Assembly (NCBI GenBank): GCA_964609075.1
Contig: CAZSQP010000001.1
Span: forward strand, 97,593-161,592
DNA length: 64,000 bases
Direction of reading: 5' to 3'
Source: an uncultured Candidatus Saccharibacteria bacterium
GTDB lineage: Bacteria; Patescibacteriota; Minisyncoccia; Minisyncoccales; GWA2-38-27
Below the pieces are notes generated by a model, which was not told where the DNA came from, made no database searches, and saw nothing but the letters and a program-made list of their open reading frames with translations. The translations under genes and the position numbers were made by a program. Positions 37,117 through 47,376 of the stretch are shown here, piece by piece; within the stretch, counting starts at the first letter, position 1, and every line of letters starts with the position of its first letter.

Positions 37117-38331
37117 ATGGATAAATTCAGCTTTTTCCCAAAAGAAAAGCTTTCTCTTCTTCCCAACACCTTCGGAGTTTACGCTTTTAAGAATAAACAC
37201 CTACTATATATAGGTAAAGCTTCGGATATAAAAAAGAGAGCAAAAAGCCATTTCCAACAACCCTCCTATAGAGATAATCTCTTTATCTCGAAAGTAGAAG
37301 AGATAGGATATATTGAAACAGATTCTGAAATAGAAGCCTTAATACTGGAGGCTGAATTAATAAATAAATATCAGCCCAAATACAATGTTCTATGGAAAGA
37401 CGACAAGAACTACTTTTATGTTAGAATCAGCAAAGACAATCTTCCGGTGGTATCTATAACTCATCAAAAAAATAAGAAAGGAGAATATATAGGTCCTTTT
37501 ATAGAAGGAAAGCCGTTAAAAAAATCTTTAAAGACCCTAAGAAAGATATTTCCCTATTACAGCAAAAAGAACCATCCTCCAAAACCCTGTTCTTTCTGTC
37601 ATCTTAATCTCTGTCCAGGACCTAATCCTGATATAAAGGAGTATAAAAAAAATATTAAAAACCTAAAAGACTTTTTAAGAGGAAAAAAGAAAGCTGTTAT
37701 TAAAAATCTTAAAAAAGAAATGGAAGAGGCCTCTCAAAAAGAAAACTATGAGAAGGCAGCGGAAACAAGAGATAAAATAGAGGCTTTGGAAAGAGTTATT
37801 TCTCATGCTAAAGTGATAAGACCAAAAAGAGAGATTGAGTACAAAAAGATAGAGAAAGAATTAAAGAAAATCTTTAAAAAGAAAATAAAGAAAGTAGAAG
37901 CTTACGACATTTCTAACATCCAAGGACAAAAAGCCACAGGTTCTATGATCGTTTTTATTAAAGGAAAGCCTTCAAAAAATCTATACAGAAGATTTAAGAT
38001 AAAAGCAGAAGGGAAACCAAATGATACAGCTATGATAAAGGAAATGTTAAAGAGAAGGTTTAAACACAAGGAATGGGGCTATCCTGACCTGATTTTAATA
38101 GATGGAGGCAAGGGACAATTAAATGCAGCTCTTTCTGAAACTCCAAAAAAAATACCTGTTTCAGCTTTAGCTAAGAAAGAAAACAAGTTATTTATTGAAA
38201 ACAAAAAAGAACCTCTTCTTTTAAAAGATCTCCCCAAAGAACTTTCTAACATGATACTTTACTTAAGAGACGAAGCTCATAGATTTGCCATCACTTATCA
38301 TAGAAAGCTTAGAAAGATTGACTTTGTTTGA
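37117..38331 (+). CDS. uvrC: Excinuclease ABC subunit C, short form without a C-terminal (HhH)2 domain
   Basis: GIY-YIG (GVYAFKN...LLYIGKA), UVR domain (ENYEKAAETRDKIEAL) and an RNase-H-like endonuclease region (AYDISN, LIDGGKGQ, RDEAHRFAITYHRKLR). The protein ends right after this region, at 404 aa. Confidence 0.85.
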   Translation: MDKFSFFPKEKLSLLPNTFGVYAFKNKHLLYIGKASDIKKRAKSHFQQPSYRDNLFISKVEEIGYIETDSEIEALILEAELINKYQPKYNVLWKDDKNYFYVRISKDNLPVVSITHQKNKKGEYIGPFIEGKPLKKSLKTLRKIFPYYSKKNHPPKPCSFCHLNLCPGPNPDIKEYKKNIKNLKDFLRGKKKAVIKNLKKEMEEASQKENYEKAAETRDKIEALERVISHAKVIRPKREIEYKKIEKELKKIFKKKIKKVEAYDISNIQGQKATGSMIVFIKGKPSKNLYRRFKIKAEGKPNDTAMIKEMLKRRFKHKEWGYPDLILIDGGKGQLNAALSETPKKIPVSALAKKENKLFIENKKEPLLLKDLPKELSNMILYLRDEAHRFAITYHRKLRKIDFV

Positions 38332-38355
38332 TATCCTGCTATTATAGATAAAACA

Positions 38356-38718
38356 ATGGCAAAACTACTATTCCATATTATCTCGGGAGCTTTAGGGCTC
38401 TTTATAGCAGCTCGTTTCATTCCCGGAGTGGAATTTACAGGAACATATAAAACTCTCATCATAATAGGCGCTGTCTTGGGCTTTATTAATTTTTTTGTAA
38501 AGCCTCTCCTTGACAAGATAACCCTTCCTTTGAGAGTATTAACTTTCGGAATTTTCAGTCTCTTAATGAATATGTTCTTTGTCTGGCTGGTAGCTGATGT
38601 TTTTTTCCCAGCAGAGATGGAAATATACGGACTAGTACCTCTTTTCTGGACTACTCTTATTCTCTGGGCTCTAAACTTTTTTCTAGGACTTCATCAATCT
38701 AAAAAGAAAACCCAATGA
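38356..38718 (+). CDS. Phage-holin-4_2 / YvlD-like small membrane protein
   Basis: 120 aa, 4 TM, with an N-terminus GALGLFIAARFIPGVEF typical of this family (by recollection). Confidence 0.5.
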   Translation: MAKLLFHIISGALGLFIAARFIPGVEFTGTYKTLIIIGAVLGFINFFVKPLLDKITLPLRVLTFGIFSLLMNMFFVWLVADVFFPAEMEIYGLVPLFWTTLILWALNFFLGLHQSKKKTQ

Positions 38719-38930
38719 ATTTAATACTTCTAATAATTCAAATTATAGTTTCTATTCTTTTAATAACCTTCATTCTTCTTCAAAAGAGAGGAACTGCTTT
38801 AGGTTCTTCTTTTGGCGGAGGAGGAAGTTTTCACTCTACCAGGAGAGGAGTAGAAAAATATATATACTGGGGAGCCATAATAACAGGCATCCTCTTTATT
38901 GCTCTCGGAATCTTAAACCTTATCGTATAG
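38715..38930 (+). CDS. secG: Preprotein translocase subunit SecG
   Basis: 71 aa, two TM segments flanking LLQKRGTALGSSFGGGGS. Confidence 0.7.
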   Translation: MNLILLIIQIIVSILLITFILLQKRGTALGSSFGGGGSFHSTRRGVEKYIYWGAIITGILFIALGILNLIV

Positions 38931-38943
38931 GAATGAAAAGAAT

Positions 38944-40938
38944 ATGAAAAAACCTAATTCTTTTTCAAGGTTGCCCAACAAACATCAATGGTTTCGTTTT
39001 CTTAGAGTTCTCACTAGAAAAGAGAAGATCTTTTTTTTCATTTTCCTCTCTATTTTTTCAATATCAGCTATTTTCCTTCTAACAAATACTTACCTTAAAA
39101 AGACAGAAATAGTACCTGACAGAGGTGGAATTCATATTGAGGGCGTAATAGGCCAGCCAAGACATATTAACCCCGTTTACGCCAATTCTGATACGGATAA
39201 AGATTTGATTCAGCTTGTTTATCCCGGCCTGATGAAATATACAGAGAGTATGGAGGTAGTTCCCGACCTAGTCCAAAGTTATGAAATAAGTCCTGACAAA
39301 AAGAGATATACATTTCATTTAAAAGAAAACCTTGCTTGGGAAGACAAAGAGCCTCTAACAGCAGATGATATAGTTTATACTATAAAGATAATCCAGGACT
39401 CTGCTTACAGCAGTCCTCTAAGAAAGAATTGGGTCGGAATAGAAGTAGAGAAGCTGGGAGATCTTACAATCGAGTTTACTCTCCAACAGCCCTATGCTTC
39501 TTTTCTGGAAAACTGTACTGTTAAAATACTACCCAAGCATATTTGGGAAAATATTAGTCCTGAAAACTTCGGACTTGAGATATATAATCTAAAACCTGTA
39601 GCCGGAGGCCCTTACAAGGTAAAAGAAATAAAGCAGGATAAACCGGGGAATATAACATCTTTACTCTTAACCCCAAATTGCCAATATCACGGGGAGAAAC
39701 CCAATATTGCAGAAATAGAATTTCTTTTCTTTGAAAATCAAGAAGAATTAACCGAATCCTTAGAATCCAAGAAAGTAAAAGGAGTTTCTTTAAGTTCTTT
39801 TCAAGAAGTTAAAGATTACCAAATATACTCTTTATCTTTCCCCAGATATTTCTCTCTCTTCTTTAATCGGGTAGAATCAGAACTCCTATCCCAAAAAGAA
39901 ATCAGAACAGCTCTAAAAATGGGAACTGATAAGATAGCACTAATAAGAGAGATCTTAAGTACCGAGGATTCAGCTCTGATAGAAAACTCTATTGTTAATT
40001 CCCCAATCTTGCCTGATATATATGGATTTTCAGAACCAGAGAATAGCTACCAGTTTGATCAGGAAAGAAGTAAAGAGATTATAAAAAACCTGGGGTTTGA
40101 AGATGTAAACGGAGACGGATATTTTGAAAAGACGATTCAAAAAGAGGCTGCCTTTACCTTTACAGCTAATCTTCAAGAAGAAGATACGGGAACACAAGTA
40201 GAGGAACTTCAAAAATGCCTAGCTAAATTTCCTGACGTTTATCCAGAAGGACAAATTACAGGATATTTCGGCCCCAAGACAGAGAAGGCTGTTATTAACT
40301 TCCAAGAAAAGTATTCAAAAGATATTCTAGAGCCCTGGGGTTTTACAGAAGGTACAGGATTAGTAAGCAAAACTACTAGAGCTAAACTGAATGAAGTTTG
40401 TTTTGATACAGGTGAAGAAACTATTCCTTTAAGCTTTACTATAAAAACAGTAGAGCAGGACCAGATGATAGAGATCGCTCAGATCCTTAAAGAACAATGG
40501 GCTGAATTAGGATTTAAAGTAGAAATTGAAACATTCAGAGCTTCAAATTTAGAACAAGAAGTAATAAAGCCAAGAGATTACGAAGCCCTTCTTTTCGGAG
40601 AGATATTAGGAGCTATCCCAGATCCTTTTCCTTTCTGGCATTCTTCCCAAAAAGAAGATCCCGGTCTAAACCTTGCTCTTTACGAAAATGAAGGGGCTGA
40701 CACTTTATTAGAAGAAAACAGAAAGTCTTCAGATTCTGAGATAAGAGAAGAAAAACTTTCCTCTTTTCAGAACCTTCTCTTGCAAGAAATACCGGCTATC
40801 TTTCTTTACAAACCTCCTTTTATCTATTCTTTATCAGAAGAGATTAAAGGATTCCAAACAAATAAAATAACAGAGCCTTCAAAAAGATTTGTTGGAATAG
40901 AAAACTGGTATATTGAAACTAAAAGAGCTTTTAAATGA
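38944..40938 (+). CDS. Family-5 (peptide/nickel type) extracellular solute-binding protein with an inserted peptidoglycan-binding-like module
   Basis: N-terminal anchor and SBP_bac_5-like regions. Internal QVEELQKCLA...GYFGPKTEKAVINFQEKY resembles PG_binding_1. No adjacent permease or ATPase genes. Confidence 0.6.
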   Translation: MKKPNSFSRLPNKHQWFRFLRVLTRKEKIFFFIFLSIFSISAIFLLTNTYLKKTEIVPDRGGIHIEGVIGQPRHINPVYANSDTDKDLIQLVYPGLMKYTESMEVVPDLVQSYEISPDKKRYTFHLKENLAWEDKEPLTADDIVYTIKIIQDSAYSSPLRKNWVGIEVEKLGDLTIEFTLQQPYASFLENCTVKILPKHIWENISPENFGLEIYNLKPVAGGPYKVKEIKQDKPGNITSLLLTPNCQYHGEKPNIAEIEFLFFENQEELTESLESKKVKGVSLSSFQEVKDYQIYSLSFPRYFSLFFNRVESELLSQKEIRTALKMGTDKIALIREILSTEDSALIENSIVNSPILPDIYGFSEPENSYQFDQERSKEIIKNLGFEDVNGDGYFEKTIQKEAAFTFTANLQEEDTGTQVEELQKCLAKFPDVYPEGQITGYFGPKTEKAVINFQEKYSKDILEPWGFTEGTGLVSKTTRAKLNEVCFDTGEETIPLSFTIKTVEQDQMIEIAQILKEQWAELGFKVEIETFRASNLEQEVIKPRDYEALLFGEILGAIPDPFPFWHSSQKEDPGLNLALYENEGADTLLEENRKSSDSEIREEKLSSFQNLLLQEIPAIFLYKPPFIYSLSEEIKGFQTNKITEPSKRFVGIENWYIETKRAFK

Positions 40939-41504
40939 TGGAGTTAAAAAACCCAGACATCAGATATTTAAAGAATATGGAAGATGTGATTTATGATAAA
41001 GAATGGCTTAAAACAGCGGGAAACCCAGAGCTCTACTATATGTATAGAGGATTAAAGAGAGAAGAAGGCTTAAGATATGATATTACTGTCATCCCCTCCA
41101 GAATGCTAGGCAAAGAATATGTCAAAACAAAAGGACACGAACATATAGGAGATTACGGAGAACTATACACTGTTCTTGGGGGAGAAGCCATCTTCTTTGT
41201 ACAGAAAGGGAAAGATAAAATAGAAGATGTTTACGCTGTAAAAGCCAAAAAAGGAGATACAGCTATTATCCCTCCAGGATACGCTCACATTACAATAAAT
41301 CCCTCAAGAGAAGATCTTAAAATGGCTAACTGGATGGCAGAAGGAGTTGAAAGCGACTATTCTTTCATACAAGAAAAAGAAGGAGCTTGTTATTACTATA
41401 CAACAGAGGGCTGGATTAAAAATAAGAATTACAAAGAAGTTCCAGAACTCTATTTTAAAAAACCTTTAAAAAAAGTTCCTAAAGATTTAAGCTTCTTAAA
41501 ATAG
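40935..41504 (+). CDS. pgiA: Cupin-type glucose-6-phosphate isomerase
   Basis: TKGHEHIGDYGELYTVLGGEAIF...PPGYAHITIN, a cupin metal site as in archaeal-type PGI. Confidence 0.7.
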   Translation: MMELKNPDIRYLKNMEDVIYDKEWLKTAGNPELYYMYRGLKREEGLRYDITVIPSRMLGKEYVKTKGHEHIGDYGELYTVLGGEAIFFVQKGKDKIEDVYAVKAKKGDTAIIPPGYAHITINPSREDLKMANWMAEGVESDYSFIQEKEGACYYYTTEGWIKNKNYKEVPELYFKKPLKKVPKDLSFLK

Positions 41505-41590
41505 CCGAGGTGGCGGAATTGGCAGACGCGCAGCGTTCAGGACGCTGTGGGGGCAACTCCTTGCGGGTTCAACTCCCGCCCTCGGCACCA
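41504..41590 (+). tRNA. tRNA-Leu (anticodon CAG), type II with long variable arm, CCA encoded
   Basis: Acceptor GCCGAGG/CCUCGGC, anticodon stem CAGCG/CGCUG with loop UUCAGGA, long variable arm, T-arm GCGGG-UUCAACU-CCCGC, A73 and CCA. Confidence 0.9.
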
Positions 41591-41595
41591 AAACT

Positions 41596-43269
41596 ATGAC
41601 TAAAAAAGAAAAATTAAAAATTACCCCTTTAGGGGGATTAGGAGAAGTAGGAAGAAATATGATGCTCTTAGAGTACAAGGGCAAGATTTTAATTTTGGAT
41701 ATGGGTTTTCGCTTTCCAGAAGAAGATATGCCCGGAATAGACTATATTATTCCGAATATAAGCTGTCTTAAAGGAAGAGAAAAGGATATTATAGCTGTTG
41801 CCATAAACCACGGACACTATGACCATATAGGAGCTGTCCCCTACATCATAGACAAGATAGGAAATCCTCCTATTTATACTTCAGCTTTAGCCAGAGGAAT
41901 AATTCTTAAGAGACAAGATGAATTTTCTGACAAACCAAAATTGAAAATAAATACTGTAAAAGATGGGGATGAAAGGAAGTTGGGCCCTTTTACAATAGAA
42001 TTCTTCCATGTAAATCACAACATACCTGATACCTTAGGATTCTTTATTAAAACTCCTGTAGGAAATTTAATATATACTTCTGACTTCAAATTCGACAAGA
42101 ATCCAGTAAACGACAAACCTACAGACTTAAAAAAGTTAAGGAGAATAGGAAAAGAAGGAGTTCTTCTTTTAATGTCAGACTCTACGGGAGCTGAAGAAGA
42201 AGGACATTCTCTTTCTGAAAAGACTATAGAAAAGAATTTGGATGATATATTCAAGCAGGCAAAAGGAAGAATAATATCTGGAACCTTTGCCTCTCTTTTA
42301 AATAGAGTTCAGCAAATAATAAGCCTATCTGAAAAATACGGAAGAAAAGTCTGCGTAGAAGGATATTCTATGAAAAGTAACATTGAGATAGCCAAAAAGA
42401 TGGGTTATCTTAGAGCCAAGAAGAATACTTTTATTAAGGCAAAAGAAGTCAACAATTATCCTGATTCCAAGGTAACTATAATATGTACCGGAGCCCAAGG
42501 AGAAGAAAGAGCTGTCTTAATGAGAATAGCCAATAAGGAGCATAAACATCTTAAAATTAAAAAAGGGGATGAAATTATCTTTTCTTCTTCTATTGTACCG
42601 GGAAATGAAAGATCAGTTCAGATACTCAAAGATGAACTCTATCGACAAGGGGCTTTAGTCTATCATTATCAGATGATGGACATTCATGCCGGAGGGCATG
42701 CTCAACAGGAAGAATTGAAAGAAATGATAGAACTTACAAAACCTAGGTTCTTTATGCCTATCCACGGCCAGGTATCTATGCTTTTCGGACACGGAGAGAT
42801 AGCAAGAGAGAAAGGCATCCCCAAAAAGAATATCCTTCTGGCAGAAAACGGCCAGGTTATAAACTTAACCAGAAATAGTATTTCTGTTGAGAAAAAGAAA
42901 GTTCCCAACAACTATGTCTTCGTAGACGGATTAGGAGTAGGAGATGTGGGAGAGGTCGTCTTAAGAGACAGACAGATATTATCTGAAGACGGAATGTTTG
43001 TAGTAGTAGCTGTAGTAGATAGGCAGACTGGAAGAGTGAAAGGTTCTCCTGATATAATATCAAGGGGGTTTGTATACCTCAGAGAGAATAAAGAGCTTTT
43101 AGCCGAAACAAGAAGAAAAGTAATAAACATTGTAAACAAGGCTGCAGGATCCGGTGGAGCTGTAAACTGGGTTTACATTAAAGACGAGATGAAAGAGAAA
43201 ATTGGACAGTTTCTCTTTTCTAAAACTCAGAGAAGACCCATAATCCTTCCTGTGGTCATAGAAGTATGA
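41596..43269 (+). CDS. rnj: Ribonuclease J
   Basis: Metallo-beta-lactamase motif INHGHYDHIG, beta-CASP region and a C-terminal domain. 557 aa. Confidence 0.85.
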   Translation: MTKKEKLKITPLGGLGEVGRNMMLLEYKGKILILDMGFRFPEEDMPGIDYIIPNISCLKGREKDIIAVAINHGHYDHIGAVPYIIDKIGNPPIYTSALARGIILKRQDEFSDKPKLKINTVKDGDERKLGPFTIEFFHVNHNIPDTLGFFIKTPVGNLIYTSDFKFDKNPVNDKPTDLKKLRRIGKEGVLLLMSDSTGAEEEGHSLSEKTIEKNLDDIFKQAKGRIISGTFASLLNRVQQIISLSEKYGRKVCVEGYSMKSNIEIAKKMGYLRAKKNTFIKAKEVNNYPDSKVTIICTGAQGEERAVLMRIANKEHKHLKIKKGDEIIFSSSIVPGNERSVQILKDELYRQGALVYHYQMMDIHAGGHAQQEELKEMIELTKPRFFMPIHGQVSMLFGHGEIAREKGIPKKNILLAENGQVINLTRNSISVEKKKVPNNYVFVDGLGVGDVGEVVLRDRQILSEDGMFVVVAVVDRQTGRVKGSPDIISRGFVYLRENKELLAETRRKVINIVNKAAGSGGAVNWVYIKDEMKEKIGQFLFSKTQRRPIILPVVIEV

Positions 43270-44240
43270 GAATAGTATCAGGCATACAACCAACAGGATC
43301 TCTTCATATAGGGAATTATCTGGGAGCTGTAAAACAGTGGATAGAGCTTCAGCAAAACAACGAATGTATCTACTTTATAGCTGACCTTCATTCTCTAACT
43401 ATTCCCTATAATCCCAAAAAACTCAAAGAAAACACTCTAGAAACAGCCAGAGAGTATTTGGCTGCTGGATTAGATCCTGAGAAAAGCATTCTTTTTGTTC
43501 AGTCAGACCTAAGAGAGCATACAGAATTATGCTGGCTCTTAAATACTGTTACTCCTGTAGGAGATCTTCAGAGAATGACTCAGTATAAAGAAAAAGCACA
43601 ACAGTTCAAAAAAAATATCAATGCAGGACTTTTAAACTATCCTATCTTACAAGCTTCGGATATTCTCATCTATAAGGCAGAAAAAGTTCCCGTAGGAGAA
43701 GACCAGGTCCAACATATAGAGCTAACGAGAACCATAGCCAAAAGATTTAATCAGAGATTCGGCAAGACTTTTGTTATCCCAAAACCCTATCTTTCCCAAG
43801 GAGCTAAAATAATGTCTTTAAAAAAACCCGAAAAGAAAATGTCAAAATCTCTGGGATCTGAAGGCTATATTTCTCTTTTTGATTCTCCTAAAACAATAAA
43901 GAAAAAGGTAATGTCAGCTGTAACAGATACAGGAAAAGAAATAAAAAGGGATAAAAACAAACCGGGTATATCCAACCTCATTAATATTTACAGTCTCTTT
44001 ACAGAAAAAACAGAAGAAAATATAGAAAAAGAATTTAAGAACAAAGGATACGCTGAATTTAAAAAATCTATATCAGAAATTTTGATAGAGAAATTAGAAC
44101 CCTTTAGAAGAAAAAGAGAGGAACTCTTAAATAGAGAAGATTATGTGGAAGAATTACTAAAACAGGGAGCTAAAAAAGCCTCCGTTTTAGCTAAATCAAC
44201 TTTAAAAGAAGCTAAGAAGAAAATGGGCTTAAATGGCTAA
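43266..44240 (+). CDS. trpS: Tryptophanyl-tRNA synthetase
   Basis: SGIQPTGSLHIGNYLG (HIGH) and KMSKS. 324 aa. Confidence 0.9.
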   Translation: MRIVSGIQPTGSLHIGNYLGAVKQWIELQQNNECIYFIADLHSLTIPYNPKKLKENTLETAREYLAAGLDPEKSILFVQSDLREHTELCWLLNTVTPVGDLQRMTQYKEKAQQFKKNINAGLLNYPILQASDILIYKAEKVPVGEDQVQHIELTRTIAKRFNQRFGKTFVIPKPYLSQGAKIMSLKKPEKKMSKSLGSEGYISLFDSPKTIKKKVMSAVTDTGKEIKRDKNKPGISNLINIYSLFTEKTEENIEKEFKNKGYAEFKKSISEILIEKLEPFRRKREELLNREDYVEELLKQGAKKASVLAKSTLKEAKKKMGLNG

Positions 44241-44658
44241 AAAAGTAGCAGTTTCAGGATACTTTATCTGGCTTCATACTGGACACCTTGATTATTTTAA
44301 AAGAGCCAAAAAATTAGGGGAAGTCGTAGCTATAGTTAACAATGACCGTCAGCAAGTTTTAAAATATGGTAAAGTTATAGTCCCTTTAAAGCAGAGAATA
44401 GAAACGATAAAAGCTGTAAAGTATATAGATAAAGTAGTCCCCAGTATAGACCAAGATAAAAGCGTCTCCAAAACTTTAGCTAAAATTAATCCCGATATAT
44501 TCGCCAAAGGAGGAGATAAGACAAAAGAAAACATTCCCGAAACTGAAGTATGCCAGAAACTAGGAATAAAAGTAATAGATCGTCTAGGACTAAAAATCAG
44601 CTCTTCTTCCGAGCTGATGAAAAAAGGATGTGATGATGTAAATTACTTTATAGATTGA
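44233..44658 (+). CDS. Cytidylyl/adenylyltransferase-family protein (HxGH nucleotidyltransferase)
   Basis: SGYFIWLHTGHLDYF (HxGH motif). 141 aa. Confidence 0.65.
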   Translation: MAKKVAVSGYFIWLHTGHLDYFKRAKKLGEVVAIVNNDRQQVLKYGKVIVPLKQRIETIKAVKYIDKVVPSIDQDKSVSKTLAKINPDIFAKGGDKTKENIPETEVCQKLGIKVIDRLGLKISSSSELMKKGCDDVNYFID

Positions 44659-45971
44659 ATAAACCCTTCTAATTCTTTCTCCTTTTCTTTAAGAAGCCTC
44701 TCATCGTCTGCCTCTATTGTTAATCTCAATAGAGGTTCTGTATTAGAGGGACGGGCTATAAACCACCAGTCTTTGTATTCTACAGTTATCCCGTCCAAAA
44801 AGTCCTGTTTCCCGTCAGAATAATGTTCTTTTAACTCTTCTAAAACTTTTTCTTTATCTTTAACCTTAAAGTTTATTTCAGGTCTCCTCGGATAAATTGA
44901 GAAGGAGGATGTAAGATCTGAAACTTTCTCTCCTGACTCTGATATTACTTGCAGAAGGACCAAAAAAGATATTAATCCCGAATCACAGTAAAAATTATCT
45001 CTAAAAGAATAATGACCGGAGACTTCTCCCCCTAATATACCTCCTTTTTCCATCATTTTTTCTCTAACATTGACAAAACCTACAGGAGTTCTAATCGATT
45101 TCCCTCCCCACTTTTCAATAAATTCAGGAACAGCTTTAGAACTCATTAAGTTATAAGCTATTCCTTTTCCAGGACTTTCTTTCAAAAAGTGTCTAGCTAA
45201 AAGAAGTAAAGTAATATCCCCTCTTTTAAAATCCCCTTTTTCATCTACCAAAAAGACTCTGTCTCCATCCCCGTCAAAGATAAATCCCAAATCCGCTTTT
45301 TCTCTTTTAACAGCTTCTGAAATTTCCTTTTTAGATTCTTCCTCTAAAGGATTGGGAGGGTGGGAAGGAAAGTTTCCGTCCAAATTAAAATTAAGATTTA
45401 CTGTTTCTAAGGGCAAACTCTCTAAAATCTGAGGCAGAATTTTTCCTGCCATTCCATTACTAGTATCTATAACCACCTTCAAGGGATTTATTTTGTTAAT
45501 ATCAACGAAAGAGAAAATATGGGAGATAAAGTCATTCCATATATTAAGTTCTTTTACCTCTCCTATTTTATCCAGAGAAGAAAGCTCTGATAAACCTGTC
45601 ATGTCTTTCCCTCTTATAAGTTCTATTTTATCTTCCTCTCTCTTTATCATTTTAAAGCCATTGTATTCTTTGGGATTATGAGAAGCTGTGATCATTATTC
45701 CAGCATCATATTTATAAAAAGCCACCGCAAAATAGAGAGCTTCTGTAGGAACCTGCCCTATGTTATAAACATCTGCTCCTCTGCTGTTAATCCCTTTAGA
45801 CAAAGAAGAAAACAAATCAGGAGAGGATAGTCTAGCGTCTCTACCAACAACTATATCTTTAGCTCCTGTCTTTTCAACAAAAGACTGTCCCAGCTTAAAA
45901 GCTGTCTCTTTATCCAATTCTTCTGGATAAACACCCCTTATATCGTATGATCTAAAAATGGACTTTTCCAT
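44643..45971 (-). CDS. Phosphomannomutase/phosphoglucomutase
   Basis: Active-site loop TASHNPKEYNGFK, metal loop FDGDGDR and GGEVSGH. Confidence 0.85.
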   Translation of the reverse strand: MEKSIFRSYDIRGVYPEELDKETAFKLGQSFVEKTGAKDIVVGRDARLSSPDLFSSLSKGINSRGADVYNIGQVPTEALYFAVAFYKYDAGIMITASHNPKEYNGFKMIKREEDKIELIRGKDMTGLSELSSLDKIGEVKELNIWNDFISHIFSFVDINKINPLKVVIDTSNGMAGKILPQILESLPLETVNLNFNLDGNFPSHPPNPLEEESKKEISEAVKREKADLGFIFDGDGDRVFLVDEKGDFKRGDITLLLLARHFLKESPGKGIAYNLMSSKAVPEFIEKWGGKSIRTPVGFVNVREKMMEKGGILGGEVSGHYSFRDNFYCDSGLISFLVLLQVISESGEKVSDLTSSFSIYPRRPEINFKVKDKEKVLEELKEHYSDGKQDFLDGITVEYKDWWFIARPSNTEPLLRLTIEADDERLLKEKEKELEGFIQSIK

Positions 45972-45994
45972 TAATCTATTATATCATAAGAAAT

Positions 45995-46993
45995 ATGTCT
46001 TTTTCTATAGGTATTGTGGGCCTTCCCAACGCCGGGAAGTCGACTCTTTTTAAGGCCCTAACAAAAAAACAAGTGGATATTGCGGATTACCCTTTCACCA
46101 CAGTTGAACCTAATGTGGGAATAGTTCCCGTACCAGATAAAAGACTAAAAAAGATATCTGAAATAATAAAACCTGAAAAAACAACCGAAACAGTAATTAA
46201 GTTTGTAGATATCGCCGGATTAGTAAAGGGGGCTCATAAAGGAGAGGGCCTGGGAAACCAGTTTTTATCGCAGATAAGGAACTGTGATGCTATTGTGGAG
46301 GTAATAAGAAACTTCTCCATCTCAAAAGACTTTGAAGCAAAAGAGACAGAATACCAATTATGGGAAAAACCTGATCCTAAAAGAGATATTGAGATCATCA
46401 AAACAGAGTTTTTAATGAAGGACTTAGAAATAGTAGAAAAAGCTATTGAAAAGACGCCAGAAAAGAGAATACTTCATGAAATAAAAGAGAAACTAGAACA
46501 GGGAGTGGAAATTAGAGATACTGAATTTGATCCAGATAAGATTAAAGAATACCAGTTTTTAACAGCAAAACCTGTTGTGCACCTTTTTAATGTTAAAGAA
46601 GACTTCTCTGAGGAAAAATTTTCTTTAAATCTTAGAATAGAGGAGGAGTCAGGAGAATTATCTGAAGAAGAGAAGAAAGAGCTTAAGATAGAATCTCAGC
46701 TTGACCAACTAATAATCAAATGCTACAATGTGCTTGAACTGATTACTTTCTTTACTGTGACAGGAGGAAAAGAGGCAAGAGCCTGGACCATAAAAAAAGG
46801 CTCTAATATCCTTGAAGCTGCTGAAAAAGTCCACTCTGATTTTAAAGAAAACTTTATTAAAGGAGAAGTAATCTCCTGGCAAAAACTTATAGAAGCTGGA
46901 AGCTGGGCTAAAACTAGAGAAGCTGGAGAAATAAAGACAGCTGGTAAAGAATATATCGTTTCAGACGGAGACGTAATAGAATTTAAAATATGA
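45995..46993 (+). CDS. ychF: Ribosome-binding ATPase YchF
   Basis: GIVGLPNAGKSTLFKALT P-loop, DIAGLVKGA, and a C-terminal TGS-like region ending DGDVIEFK. Confidence 0.85.
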   Translation: MSFSIGIVGLPNAGKSTLFKALTKKQVDIADYPFTTVEPNVGIVPVPDKRLKKISEIIKPEKTTETVIKFVDIAGLVKGAHKGEGLGNQFLSQIRNCDAIVEVIRNFSISKDFEAKETEYQLWEKPDPKRDIEIIKTEFLMKDLEIVEKAIEKTPEKRILHEIKEKLEQGVEIRDTEFDPDKIKEYQFLTAKPVVHLFNVKEDFSEEKFSLNLRIEEESGELSEEEKKELKIESQLDQLIIKCYNVLELITFFTVTGGKEARAWTIKKGSNILEAAEKVHSDFKENFIKGEVISWQKLIEAGSWAKTREAGEIKTAGKEYIVSDGDVIEFKI

Positions 46994-47376
46994 GAAACTA
47001 CCAACTTACATACCTTATAAATCCTGAACTTTCAGAAGAGGATTTGAAAAAGATAACAGAAAATATAAATAGCTTTATCTCAGGACAAAGCGGTCTTTTA
47101 GATAAATCAACAAAACCCGAGAAAAAACAATTGGGATACAATATTGAAAAGAAAAAAGAAGCTTTCCTAGTAAGGACAGGCTTTTCTTTAAAGCCAGAGA
47201 GTTTAGAAGATCTCAAAAATCATCTTGATTCCGAAAAAAACATTCTCCGTTACACCATAACTAAAAAGGAAACAATAAAGGAAAAACCTTTAAAGACAAG
47301 AGGAACTAAAAAAACAAAAGAAGAAAAGGTCGATCTTGGAGATATAGATAAAAAAATTGACCAAATTTTAGAGTAA
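46990..47376 (+). CDS. rpsF: Ribosomal protein S6
   Basis: MRNYQLTYLINPELSEED N-terminus, in rpsF-ssb-rpsR order. Confidence 0.8.
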   Translation: MRNYQLTYLINPELSEEDLKKITENINSFISGQSGLLDKSTKPEKKQLGYNIEKKKEAFLVRTGFSLKPESLEDLKNHLDSEKNILRYTITKKETIKEKPLKTRGTKKTKEEKVDLGDIDKKIDQILE

